A stretch of DNA of 64,000 bases, from the NCBI GenBank assembly GCA_965645245.1, contig OZ287069.1, positions 186,001-250,000 of the forward strand. Direction: 5' to 3'. The position numbers and the translations under genes are program-made. The DNA is from Massalongia carnosa. Lineage: Eukaryota. A model generated the notes under the pieces. That model was not told the DNA's origin. It made no database searches and saw only the letters and a list, made by a program, of their open reading frames with translations. Positions 52,425-64,000 of the stretch are shown in pieces (position 1 is the stretch's first letter; each line of letters opens with the position of its first letter).

Positions 52425-54139
52425 GAGTTCTTCCCATTCTGCTGACGATGATGATGCAACTACAGCTAACAGACGATAGAGAACCTAGAGTCATGCCAAA
52501 GCAGGCTTTATTGGAGAAGGCCGTTTCCGAGAAGGACGCCTCCGAGAAGGACGCCCCCGAGAAGGCAGTCTTAGAAGTCTCCTCTGGAATCTCCTCAGGC
52601 GAGAAGGGTTTGTCAGGTCAGAACAGCTGGGTTTTGCTGACACTCTCCATCATAAATTTGGTGATTGATCTCTCGCATTCAAACTTGTATGAAAGGACCG
52701 AGACTAATTTATTTGTTGCGTTAGGCTACCCTATCTTCTACATAGGCACTTGGTACGTTATGTTCTCTGTGCATATTGCAATTCAAGCTAACAGTCTTAT
52801 TCTTCAGATCCTCAAGGCACGTCTCTTGTCTGCCTTGTTTCATCAGTTTCATACATGTTGTGAGAGGAGGTACGGGAAGGACTTGATGGAGTGATTCAAG
52901 ACTAGATCGTGCGAGACAGCAACGAGAACGAGAAACATGGCATGAGGATGATAGCATTCATAGAGCTGTAGATTAGAAGCTGTCACTAAATCAATAACTT
53001 GTTTCTCTAACCATCAACTGGGCGAATACATCATGTGAACCCGAATACAACTCAGCTGTAACGAGGTTGCATGAACGTGATATCTCTTTTATAAGATTGT
53101 TTTCTGATCGTTTTATCCGGAACACGATCTTGAAGGTCTTGAGATCTTGTCAAAACTGAGACAATCTCCAAATGATTGCCAGATGCTTTTTTACTGCAAG
53201 CACTGTTCATACCAATATGAATGTTCACTAAGATATATCCTTTTCAAGACTATAATATTTTCAAAATGATTTCAGACTCTATATTATCCGCAGATATTTC
53301 TCATCAGACACAAGCAGAATTTTAAGCTATCTTACACGTGCAGGACAATGTTGAGTCATCTCAATCAGGAAAGCGCTCAAAAAAACATTCAAACCGGGAA
53401 CCTGCCGGTGTACCCATTTTAGCGAAGACATGTCCGGGATCTTGAGACCATTCCATGACCATGTCCGAAAACCCCCAACCGCCCTTAAGGTACGTACTAT
53501 CATGTCGTATCAAGAAGATGATGAGGTGAAAGTTCAGACGTGGAAAGCGCGAAAACGAAGCGGAAATGACATCGAAAGGGATGAGAAACGAAGCGGAAAC
53601 AAAGCGGAAACGTCATCGAAAGTGGTGTACGTACGAAACGTGCTGAGGAGGACATCTACAACGGGCGGTGCCTCGAAGACTTCACATCTTGCATTACTGG
53701 TCAGATCAGCAAGGGGAGATAAAAGCCCTGCGATCAGGCCACCAACGTCAATGGTTTGCGGGAAAATGTCTAACAGAGACATCGAGAAAAGCCCTGCTCA
53801 GGTCATCAATAAAACACGTCCATAGTACTCTTCCCATCCACCCATACACTCACAAAAGCTACGTTTCGAGAGATGGTTATGGGTTTAATGAGGCTACAAA
53901 GCAGGAAAACAAAACGAGAAGACTCGGGACAGCCCCCCCCCCCCACCGTCCCCCCAGCAAAAATAATTCCAAATTAGGACTAGCTACAAGCCACCCCCCA
54001 TACTAAATAATTAGGTGCATATACCTCGTTCACCGTCTCTATTAATAATATTATAGGTATAGGCAGCCAACCCTCTGTATATATTTATCACTATGATAGG
54101 TAGACCGCACTTCTTCTCTCCCTTATCTTTTTCTTTGCT

Positions 54140-56581
54140 ATGGCCCTCACATCAACGTCCCTGGATGCACGTTTGCAAAGGGCTATAGCGAGTTTAACGT
54201 CGTCTCATCGACTTCCTCCGAGTGAGAGTGAAATCTTTATCTCCTGGGAGGAGGGAAAAACCCACCTTCAGAATTATGCCTTTACTCAAGGCTTTGCATT
54301 GGTCACAGAGACTAATGATAAGAAGAATCATCTCGTTATACTAGATTGCACCCGTCATCACAAAAGAGAAAGAAACACTAGAAAGCTAGAGGAGAAGGAC
54401 CGCGTACGAAAAAAAACGAAGGTCTCGTTCAACGAGTGCAAATATCGACTAAGACTGAAGCAAAATAAAGACGAATCGTGGAGATTAATCATCACCAATC
54501 CTGATCACAATCACGAGATGGCTACAGACCCCTTCGGTTTCAAAGAGCATCGTAGCCAAGACCTCGATCGAGCAACTGCCCTAGATCAAGCAAAAAGTCT
54601 CCGTGATGCATCAACTAGATACGGTCAAGCATCTCGCGTTTTGGGAATGACTGGCCTGCGCCTTTCGAAGAAGGACTATTACAACCTGGCTCGATCCCAG
54701 GGCAAACATACACCTGAAGAAGAGTTGACCTATGCACTTGGATTTCTAGAAGAAGAAGGGTTTCATGTACGGACTTTGGAGAAATATCTCGTTGAAAACA
54801 ATACTCCCCGAAGACGTGTTGTTGAACATTTCTTTTTCTGTAACGCTGAACAGATCCGACTGACGATGCTACGTTCAATACAAATCAGTTGAACTTACCT
54901 CTATCGGTGTTGGTTGGCATCACCAACACAAATCAGACTTTCCCCGCGGCCTATTGTTATATAACTTCTGAATCGGCTGAGTGCTTTACGTTTCTATTTG
55001 ATTGTATGAAAGATCTCTTTTTTCATGATACATATCCTGGTCCTAGGGTCATCCTCGGAGACTTCGCCGCTGGATTGACTGCAGTGATGCATAAAAAACG
55101 GGCTAAGGAAATAAACCCGGATGCAGCAATGACCGTTGCATGGCAAGTCGCCCAATCAATACACGAAACCGACCCTGATTGTGTGTTGCAATTATGCACG
55201 TGGCACGCAGCGGAGGCAATCAAGAAATGCCTGATCAGGGCAGGTTCATATCCTTTAGAAGTACGGAAAGAGCTGCATGAATTGATATGGGAGTGGATCA
55301 AAACTCCTACCGTTGAACAGCTGGATGAGAAGAGAAACGCGTTGATATTGAAGCTTCATGTTTCAGAAAGGTATGAAGCCATCAAAAAACGTTAATAAGG
55401 GCTAACTCACTCCTATTTCCAGGAGTATTTTACTAGCTATTATCAACGTCAGGAGTGTCAGTTTTTTTCCGCATACACCAGAAAGTATCCTAATTTAGGT
55501 GCACATAGCACACAAAGGGTGGAAGGTTTGCATCCGTTGGTAAAGAATGTGACAAATAGGCATACACCTATTAAGGACTCGGTGCGGAAAATATGCGAAA
55601 CAGTGCAAAGGGTTCAGGTTGACTACGAAATATCAACCAATCATCAACGAATCAACAACCCCCGGCTTATGGATAGAGGTGCGTTCAAAGACCTTATAGG
55701 GTTAATAACTCATCATGCTATTGACCTCATATCTAGAGAGTTGGATGTAGCTAAACTTTTCGCCGAAGATTTCAATCAACAGGTTTCTTTTGGAGTTGAA
55801 GGGACTGCATTAATCGAACCAACCGGTGAGGATTGTATGTATGATTGTGATTTGCCTACACGATACGGTCTTCCGTGTAGATGCTGGTTGTATCGCTGCG
55901 TCATTTAATGTTATCCCCATACCTATCTTCCTCATTCATCCCCGCTGGTTTTTCGATGGCCCGCCTTTTGTGGTCTCGTGGAGCATGGTTTTCGACCCCA
56001 CCATAAAGTTCGCTGAGATGTTTCGGAGAGCAGCTCACAGGAAGACCACAGAAGAGCAGGATGAGGAGGCGGATGAGGGGGGGAATGCTCAACAAAGTCA
56101 AGAATCTGAGCCGGAAGAGGAGATCGAGAAGGCAGTTGACAATAATACTGGAGATAGATTTCGTCGCGGGGGTGTTGATTTGCTGCATGCGGCCGCACAT
56201 CAATCTATTGATTTTCATAAATCAATAGAAAATATGCATAGAAGGGAGGGGTACGCTCGTGAATTCGCCAAATTCACTGCTATTTTCAATAAAAAATAGC
56301 AGGATAAGGAGCTGGCGAGGCCACTTATCCCTACAACTTTCCCCGACGAAATCCGACCGAAGGACAACCTTATGTATAAAAAGAGTGGGAGTCGCCGGCA
56401 GGCTTACACTGGCCGTGAGGCAGCTGAGACAGATGAAGCTAAGCAGCGACGTGCTAAACGTAAGGACTCGATTGAAGAAGGGAGGAGAAGAAGGCATGAG
56501 GATGAATTGTGGGCAGGCGGTGAAGACAAGGGTATGATTGATGATAAAAAACCCACGATATTAGCAAATCGATCGATGTAG
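54140..56581 (+). pseudogene. Degenerate MULE (FAR1-like) transposase, right end lost
   Basis: YAFTQGF...C...HNH FAR1-like domain; DATFNTN; ILGDF; QLCTWH; STQRVEG; CDLPTRYGLPCRC. Confidence 0.85.
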
Positions 56582-56715
56582 CGCGGCTAATATTCGGTAT
56601 AGATTCCGGAGATGCTATCATCGTATCTGACGACGATGACCTGCAATATATAGCAACTCAGCCTACCCCCGATCCTCCTTCAAGCACATCACCTCTACGC
56701 CCATCCAGGGCCCGA

Positions 56716-58582
56716 CACCATTGCCCACCTTGAGGACGCCGTGAACGGCTTACGCCTCATTGATGGCGACTCAGCTCCCACGTGGAAGGAGTGCGAAGAC
56801 TGCATCAAGACGAAGATGAACGAACATGTTGCGAATTTCCTAAGTTGCCGCATTTTCTTGAATTCCCGCATAACTATTTTTAGCTAAGCTCAATTGGGTA
56901 ATCGCAAAATATTTAACGAGTTCGATTTCTAATGTGGCGGGATGAGATTTCAAATCACTCTTTTACGGCATGATAAACCGCGAGAAGATGAATAAGCTAT
57001 TATAGCTATTTTGACATACATGGCGACAATGGCCTCATCAGATTATCAATCCTTTCGGCTTCGTACATTCGAAAGTTGCGAAGTTCGGTCAGCAAAGCCG
57101 AATAGGGGTAATATTCTTTAGGTATAATAAGGCGTTGATTTCTCATGTATTTTATCTATTCAGTCGTTATCAGGTAGCTATTCGGTATAATAAATATTCA
57201 GCTATTCAGCACTTATTCTTGTACCCTTATCGTCCCAGACAACCTGCCTCCCATTATCCAGGCGCGTTTCAACAGAACAGATCTCTCGCCGCCCACCAGA
57301 GCACCCAGCTACAAGACCGTTTGAGCGAATTGCTATCGACATCGTTCAGCTTATCCCCACGGGCCAATCCTGCTACAACGGCGACAAATATCTCCTTCAT
57401 GCAGTCTGTCAGTTCTCCGAGTGGCACGAAGGAGAAACTCTCCCATCCCGCGGAGAGGAGGTGATAGTCCCTACAGTCTATCGGATCATCGAGAAGATTC
57501 AGCGTCAATTTGGCTACAAGTATGTTGTACTCGTAGTTCGATCTGACAACGAACGCGGATGGACCAAAGGCCATGTGAGATCTCTCAGAGATGTTGGTAT
57601 GAAGGTCGAACGCACCCCAGCGGACACCGATGAGCCCAAAGGCCTCCAAGAGTCTGCTGGCAAATCGATCATGACGCGTACTCGCGCCCTTCGAATCGCC
57701 TCAGGTCTCCCGCAGGACCTCGTCAACGAGCTCACGATTACGGCCATCCAACTGCTCAACACCACGCCCACTTGCTCCAACCAATGGCGCACGCCGTATG
57801 AGGTCATCTATGGCTACAAACTTACGATATCTCACTACGCTCCCATCGGCTGCCGAGCGTACATGCTCAATCGCGACCTCAACGCAGCCGACAAAACGTC
57901 CTCTCGAGTCCACATTGGCTACCTTCTTGGCTACGATTCGACAAAAATCTTTCGTGTTTGGATCCCTCATAGCCGACGCGTCATTCGCACCCGAGATGTT
58001 ATCTTCAAGCATGATCTCATGTACAAAGACGATCTTGAGCACAAGCTACACGCTCCCAAGGTTGCTGAAGAAGAAATCGAAGTACTTGACCTCACCATGC
58101 CTGAGGAACAAGTCACTGCCGACGACCTCTATACGCCTGAGCAAACGCTTCGTTACACTCAAGAGCTTTCCCTGGCCATAGAATCATCTGATCAGCCATC
58201 AACTCCGCCTACTCGAGTAACCAACACGAATAAGTCGCCTCAGCAGATGCAGCTCCTTACTCCTGACACTTCTCGTATGGGTACAGCAAGCCCTTCTCAG
58301 CTACCTGAAGATTCCATTCTTAGCGAACTCAGCGAGGCTCTGGCTTCGCCCACACCAGAGGAAGATGATCAAACTCTCCTCGATCAACAGCTGTTCAACG
58401 ACCAGCAAGTACTGGAACAACCATCCCGTCCGAGTAGAGTTACGTACCAGCCACCCACTCAACCTCGCAATCCTCGACACAACAGGGCCCCGCGTGCTCA
58501 AGAGATCTCTGGTGGTGGTAACTTCGTACTTGAACGACGTACTCGCTCCGGTGCAAGTCCCTCGCAGCCACTTGATCGATAA
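56716..58582 (+). pseudogene. Copia fragment (GAG-pre-integrase and integrase), split by a solo LTR
   Basis: CEDCIKTK...PFERIAID, VRSDNE, HIGYLLGYDS...FRVW...TRDVIF. Confidence 0.8.
56827..57274. repeat. Solo LTR (448 bp)
   Basis: TGTTG...CAACA termini; TSD GAACA at 56822-56826 and 57275-57279; removal restores the MNEQISRRP reading frame. Confidence 0.9.
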
Positions 58583-58589
58583 ATTACAC

Positions 58590-59838
58590 CGCTGAAATGG
58601 CTTCTTCCCGGCAGTTTCGAGTTACAAAATCGGGATTGCGTACTTCCCTAAAAGACGAGGTTAGAGAACGTTTAAAATAGGCAGTTAAGGTCTATGAGAA
58701 GGCAGAAGGGTCGTTATCTATTACGCAAGCTGCTTGACTTCATGCGGTACCGAAAACAACATTGTATAAACAGTCGCCAGGACCAGGTATCGTACGTTAC
58801 TTCAAAGCGTTAACGCCCAAGGAGGAAGGATCTCTTCAGAGCTGGGTTAGAGCTACTAGACTCCGCCTTTGACCAAATATCAGCTAAGCCTTATACGGAC
58901 GATGGCACTCTACCTAGCGCTAGTACTCTTATTCAAATGCGTTATCTTTCAGGCCAAATATCACCAATATCAGGAAACATAGTAAAAGTCTCAGAGCTTG
59001 AGGAGTTTATATTAATATTTCGCCATCAGACTCTTGATTCCTCTAAACTTACTCTTCTACAAATAAACCCTTAAAGCAGCTAGGCTTGCTATGACTGATC
59101 GTATTGTCTTGAATCATACTAATACGGAGCTTTTAGCAGCCAACACACGAAAAAAACAACGAGCTCAACGTACGGGCACTCAATACGATGTTCAAGGGGC
59201 TCGCGTATTGAGTTTAGAAGATGTGGAGAAAAGAAGACAACTAGCTGAAAATAAGAAAAAGGAGAAAGGAGAAAGAGGCTAGATCACAGGTAAGGAAAGA
59301 AAACAGAACGATCGACTATTTTTTCAGGTATCTAAAGACCTAATGTGATTTGAACCCGACCTAATATACGTGCCTGATCTTGTAAAATCTTGATCTTTAC
59401 TTAAAAATAAGAAACGAGACGATTCTATCTTTTAAAACGCTTTTCACGACCTTATTCAGATTACACCTCATATTTTTAAGGAGACAGTTGAGGGTGACCT
59501 AGGGTTTAAAAAAACTGCTCGAAATAAAGGAAAAGGTATACCAAGAAAGAAAAATATCACTAGGTTGGTACAAGGTGATGTGGAAATAGTAGGAATGGGG
59601 GAGAAGTAGGAAGTTTTAGAGGTTCGGGTTAGCTCGCGCGGTCGTGTCATCTGTAACACTCGTAAAATGTAGCTCTACAAGCTTATGCTAGCTATATATA
59701 TTCACAAGAGCCTGTTCATCAATTCCCGAGTACATGTGCTCGAAATTTTGGATGCGGCGGTGATAAAAAATTACGAAGGTTGGTATCAAATTTGTTAGTT
59801 CCGAATAAGCGGGTGTTCCGAATAGCGGTGAATTACGT
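58590..59838 (+). mobile_element. Internally deleted, degenerate Fot1/pogo remnant
   Basis: HTH remnant LSITQAA..HAVPKTTLY; C-terminal piece similar to the 25511 ORF (RIVLNHTNTELL...GARVLS); right TIR ending ACGT + TA. Confidence 0.65.
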
Positions 59839-59980
59839 TAGATCAGTTCCAGTCTAACCGTATCGGTTACTTAAGACCTTTAGCGGTGTCTTAAGCAACC
59901 TAGGCTCGGATAAACTATTATCACTTCGCTTAGTAGAGGGTGACCACTTAAAAGGAGAAGACTGCTCCGTAGCAACTCTT

Positions 59981-60459
59981 TGTCATGGAATTACCTCGCA
60001 CCCTCCCACGTTTCCTGACCGGGTTAGTATTTAACAGGCTCTCTTGCCGTGAAACCTGCCCTGCATGTTGAATAGAACCGTGGCCCGTTATTCCAAACTA
60101 TCGTGAAACCTCACCCCATGTGTTCAGACGTTCTTCCGTTGCCTTCAGTGCACTCCCAAACTCCTATATCCCGAATCCAATCTCAACGTCTCCACTATCC
60201 AAGCTTACGACTGGGATTGCCCAGCAGAGAGAGATTGCTTCGGCATGGAGGAAGACGGAACAGGTCAAAGCGATCATGGTTAGGAAATTAGAACAGGAAC
60301 AGAGATGAGGGCAAGTCAAGAATAGGGGAGTTGGAAGCCATGGCTATAAAACCTATGTGGTTTCTCAGGTGTTTGGAGCTCTTCGTCGGACGTCTTGTAT
60401 ACTATCCCTAGACCTAGCTTTCTAATAGTAAATCTTGTATATCTCCCTATCTGGGGGCA
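59981..60459 (+). repeat. Solo LTR, inverted copy of the split LTR at 5179-10759
   Basis: Near-identical sequence; TSD CTCTT at 59976-59980 and 60460-60464. Confidence 0.9.
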
Positions 60460-60534
60460 CTCTTCATCTTATACATCAGGGTCATACACATTGTCATATA
60501 TTATATAGTCATAGAGTCATAGTCATATACCTAT

Positions 60535-62394
60535 TTCAACAGAGGGAGAAGTTGTCACACTATGCAAATTGCCACTAAAGCTGCTAGGGTAGGTTTTAAA
60601 ATCTAAAGTCTATTTCAAGAAAATTATCTCTTTGATTTTCTTTTTTCTTCAAAGGTAAGATGAAAAGAAAAAAAGAAAAAAGACTTTTCGTACTGACTTC
60701 GAAAGTAGGTGTCGAAAATTAGTGAACTAAAAAGCCCCCGTCAATTAAACTTTCCATCCATCAAGTGGAACTTAACACCTTCATCCCTAGGTGTCGTTCA
60801 ACTAAGCCAGAGTTTACCTTCCTACGAAACTTTGAAATACGTTATATTTCTAGATAACTTCTTCACCAGTACGAAGTTATTCAAAGCTTTAAAAACCATG
60901 GGCATAGGTGCTTGGGCATAGGTGCTTGGGCATAGGTGCTTGTGGGACGGCTAAGGCCAGATGTGGATTTCCCATGGAACTTTTACGACTTCGTGCAGCT
61001 GCTACTAAGAATAAGGACTGGGGGAAAAATGTCATGAAATGCCTCCGACCTAACCACGTGCCTCTATCACGTGCCTTGATCTGATGACTACTCACGGACG
61101 TCGTGCCATGCCTTCGGGACCATCATATCATTCTTCGAATTCGCCGATTACTGATCATTAATCAGCCTCGCATTGATGATTTATTCCCGTCTTTCGACTA
61201 TTATCATGTCTAATAGCTTCGCATTGATGTTTGACATCTCCCGTCTCCTCGCTGACCCCATCGTGCTTATTGCCGCTATAATGCCCCTCATTCATCATCG
61301 CACTGACTAGGCATTATTCGCCGCCACCCTAGAAAGATGAATATGGGAGGACAAAGATATAAGAAAGAAGTCGAATCATGGAAGTTCTGATTCTTTGTCG
61401 AACGTCTTGAATAGCCAACCTAGCCTAGCCTTGATTCATAGCTATAGACTCAATCAATAAGCTTGACCATCAACCCACCTTGCCTTTGCCCTTGCCCTCG
61501 ACCTGATTTCGTGACAAAAAAGGCTTTGATGACGGTCAAAGCTGATAAGAAATTAAACATTGAAGAATGCGATGTGTTGTGTTTAGCTTGAATGGATTTA
61601 AACACAGTATAATTTATGACTACTACTCATACCTTTTAGGATTTATCAACTGTCGTCTATAAATATTCTCGGCGTCGTCATGAAATTCCCAAAGATTCAG
61701 CTGTTACTATTAATAGTGATGCTAATGAAAAGAAGCTTTCATTTCCAATGCCTATCGTCGAATACAATCAACATATGGGTGGGTCGGATGGTTATGCACA
61801 ACAACGATCGTACTATAATCCTCCTTTCTTCATTTTTCTTTTGATAGCAGCCGTGTTGAACGCCTTCAAGCTTTGGCAAATTCTGTACCCTAATTCAGCG
61901 TTGAGTCATCGAGATTTTTCAACAAGAAATAGTGAAAGCTCTACCTTCTAATCAGGCTGGTGCCCTACGAAAAGGCCCATTAGAAGTCGTGGTAATTTCT
62001 AATCGGAATCTCAAGTCGACTCCGTCCCCGTGCGAATGGGAGTATTTGTCTAAAAAGACATATTGCCTGTCCTGCAAAAGTCAACTACCTCAGCTCAAGC
62101 GACGCCGACCATTAGAGGAAATGAATAACAATTTCACCAAAAGAAGACGCGCATCTCAGACCATGTGGCAATGTAAGAGCTGTGGGCCTTGCTGCAAAAG
62201 GGAGTCGTGTTGGGACATTTTACATAGCCGCTAGACATTTTACCTAGGTAATGATAGCGATGTACTCATTTTTTACGAAAAGGGAAAATTCAGTAAATCT
62301 GATTGGTCGGATTAAAGTTATTAGTCATTACCCGACTGACGGTGCTGTAAAATTCAATATTACCGAAATGGCTGCCATTCTGGCCAACGAAGGG
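60535..62394 (+). mobile_element. Degenerate piggyBac (3' half) with right TIR
   Basis: GRS.HT...GFKI, FLDNFFTS..LF..L...GIGACGT, YNQHMGGSD, Cys-rich C-terminus; ends AAGGG followed by ATAA (TTAA variant). Confidence 0.8.
61030..61516. repeat. Solo LTR (487 bp) inside the piggyBac
   Basis: TGTCATGAAAT...ATTTCGTGACA termini; TSD AAAAA. Confidence 0.85.
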
Positions 62395-62399
62395 ATAAG

Positions 62400-64000
62400 G
62401 GATTGATTGATTGATTGATTGATTCATACACCGATCCATGGGCCGAAGGCCCTTATGCGGGAGTGCTAAACTACATCGGGGGGGTGTCCCAGGGGATGGG
62501 TATCTAAGTCTGCTGAGGGCAGAATTGCTGCACTAAGCGCTGAAAGTAAAAAAAATACAAAAACTCTAGCTGTACAAGGGGTTGCGAATGCAAGGAAGAG
62601 GGAAAAGAAGACACGAACAGAGGGAAAAACCGCTTGAGACAAATCGATAAATAGAACTCCAACGCCACCCTCCTGGGGCCCTGTGCTTGGTGTTGATACA
62701 TGCGAGCCCCACCATGGTAGAGACTATTCTGTGAGCGGGATAAAACAAGAGCCGGCCTGCCGTTAACTCGTAGATTGTTCGGTTGCTATCCTCACGTCTC
62801 CAAATTGGCCGAGGAGACGTGAGGATAGCATGAATTTGGATGCTGCCTTGGCCAGTCTGGGGGTGCAAAAAATTTCTTGGAGATCGAACACCTTCCGGCC
62901 TATCCAGATAGTCTCCATGCGCAATCGATGGTGCCTGACGCACTCCAGAAGCACATGATGAACTGTTTGATAACCGAAGCCGCATGGACATTCGCCCGTT
63001 TCGGTGCGGCCTATATCTGAGAGATACTTGCGGAGACCAATCTTATATGTTCTCATCTGCACCAGGGTGGAACTCATTGACTTGTGAAGCCCCTGGTAGA
63101 GTTGCAAGACCTTGTTAGTGGGCTGGGGGAGGAGCTTTTTCGTCATCTGTCCGCGTTTTTCTGCCTCCCAATCCCCAGCCCATTCTTTGCTGATCATTTT
63201 CCTCATGTTGCGTTTGATCGCCGACTTCACTGTGTGTCCGAGGAAGTCGAAGTGGGTGATGGAGGGACTCTGGCCAGGTTCTAACCAGCCTGATGCTTCT
63301 TTTGCTGCTTGGTCTGCTATCTCGTTGCCTTCTACTCCCATATGCCCAGGTATCCAGCAGAGTCTGACTCTAGCCTGCATCTCCCGGCATGCGTAGAGTT
63401 TTCCAATGATCTCGCGCAGTATGAACTGACCTGATTCAGTTCCGGGGTCGGCTACTGATTTGATGGCTGATTGATTATCTGCATAAACCGTTATTATCTC
63501 CCCTTGCCATCGTGCAATAGCCGCCGCCAGTCCCAGGTCGATGCCCACTAGTTCCGCGAGGTAAACTGTGGCTTCTTTGTTCGTTCCGAGGCGGGTTCCT
63601 ACCCGTGTGTTGTCGCTGGGGATGACCGCTGCCCCACCAACTCCGAAGGGGTTATCACTCCCATCCGTGTATATGACTATTTGGTTCGGCTCTGATGTCA
63701 CCTTGTCATGCTCTTTAATTGCTTCCTCCTTACTGGAAGCAATGTGCGTTTCGGGGGGAGACCACCATGGTTCCGCTATGAATGGAAGAATGACCTCTAA
63801 CCGCCAGGGTTGAGGGCATTTCCCCGAAGTCATTAAGCGAGACTCTAGCTTAGCTAGAGGGCTCCAGTATCGATAGTGAGAGTCCGCTTGGCTTGTCCAG
63901 GCGCGGATCTCACGTATTATGGCGTAAAGGGGGCTTGAACGTATGCGCAGTAGTGACTCGTTCACTGCCTGCTCCATGCGTTGCCGGCCAGGCAGGAGGT
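62400..64000 (-). mobile_element. 3' end of a Tad1-like LINE with an (AATC)n tail
   Basis: GATT repeats at 62401-62424 followed by 3' UTR and ORF2. Confidence 0.88.
62763..64000 (-). CDS. LINE ORF2 C-terminus: RNase H and CCHC zinc finger (partial)
   Basis: IYTDGS, AEL.GI, ADNQSAI, WIPGHMGVEGNEIADQAAK, CPCG...QTVHHVLLEC. Confidence 0.92.
   Translation of the reverse strand, partial: LLPGRQRMEQAVNESLLRIRSSPLYAIIREIRAWTSQADSHYRYWSPLAKLESRLMTSGKCPQPWRLEVILPFIAEPWWSPPETHIASSKEEAIKEHDKVTSEPNQIVIYTDGSDNPFGVGGAAVIPSDNTRVGTRLGTNKEATVYLAELVGIDLGLAAAIARWQGEIITVYADNQSAIKSVADPGTESGQFILREIIGKLYACREMQARVRLCWIPGHMGVEGNEIADQAAKEASGWLEPGQSPSITHFDFLGHTVKSAIKRNMRKMISKEWAGDWEAEKRGQMTKKLLPQPTNKVLQLYQGLHKSMSSTLVQMRTYKIGLRKYLSDIGRTETGECPCGFGYQTVHHVLLECVRHHRLRMETIWIGRKVFDLQEIFCTPRLAKAASKFMLSSRLLGQFGDVRIATEQSTS

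Larger units (their letters stand above)
41632..53490 (+). mobile_element. ~11.9 kb TIR DNA transposon with CACTA/CMC-like transposase, SNF2 ATPase gene and a divergent unknown gene
   Basis: 52-bp TIRs at 41632-41683 and 53439-53490 (4 mismatches), CCTTAAGGGCGGTTGGGGGT...; TA on both flanks. Confidence 0.88.

Noticed and set aside
41634..53488. piggyBac or Kolobok assignment from TTAA next to the TIR core
   Set aside because: piggyBac ends are CCY...RGG and its motifs are absent; the transposase looks CMC-like, the helicase is SNF2 rather than RecQ, and symmetry extends beyond TTAA (Kolobok not fully excluded)

Overview
Eukaryotic DNA from a filamentous ascomycete (short GT-AG introns with CTAAY-type branch sites), forming a nested transposable-element cluster. 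From left to right: the 3' end of a chromoviral Ty3/Gypsy carrying an apparently intact MULE; a solo LTR split by a full-length Ty1/Copia; a full-length Ty3/Gypsy split by a hAT; a Fot1/pogo; two host-type genes (a 7-repeat beta-propeller lectin-like GPI protein and a DUF6536-like membrane protein); a tyrosine-recombinase retrotransposon whose RT YLDD motif is split by a non-autonomous CACTA; an ~11.9 kb TIR-bounded DNA transposon; then remnants of MULE, Copia, pogo and piggyBac, three solo LTRs and the 3' end of a Tad-like LINE. The best candidate for an undescribed system is the ~11.9 kb element (41632-53490). It has 52-bp TIRs and encodes a CACTA/CMC-like transposase, a large SNF2-family ATPase gene and a divergent unknown gene. 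All family assignments come from motif recognition by eye; no database searches were run.
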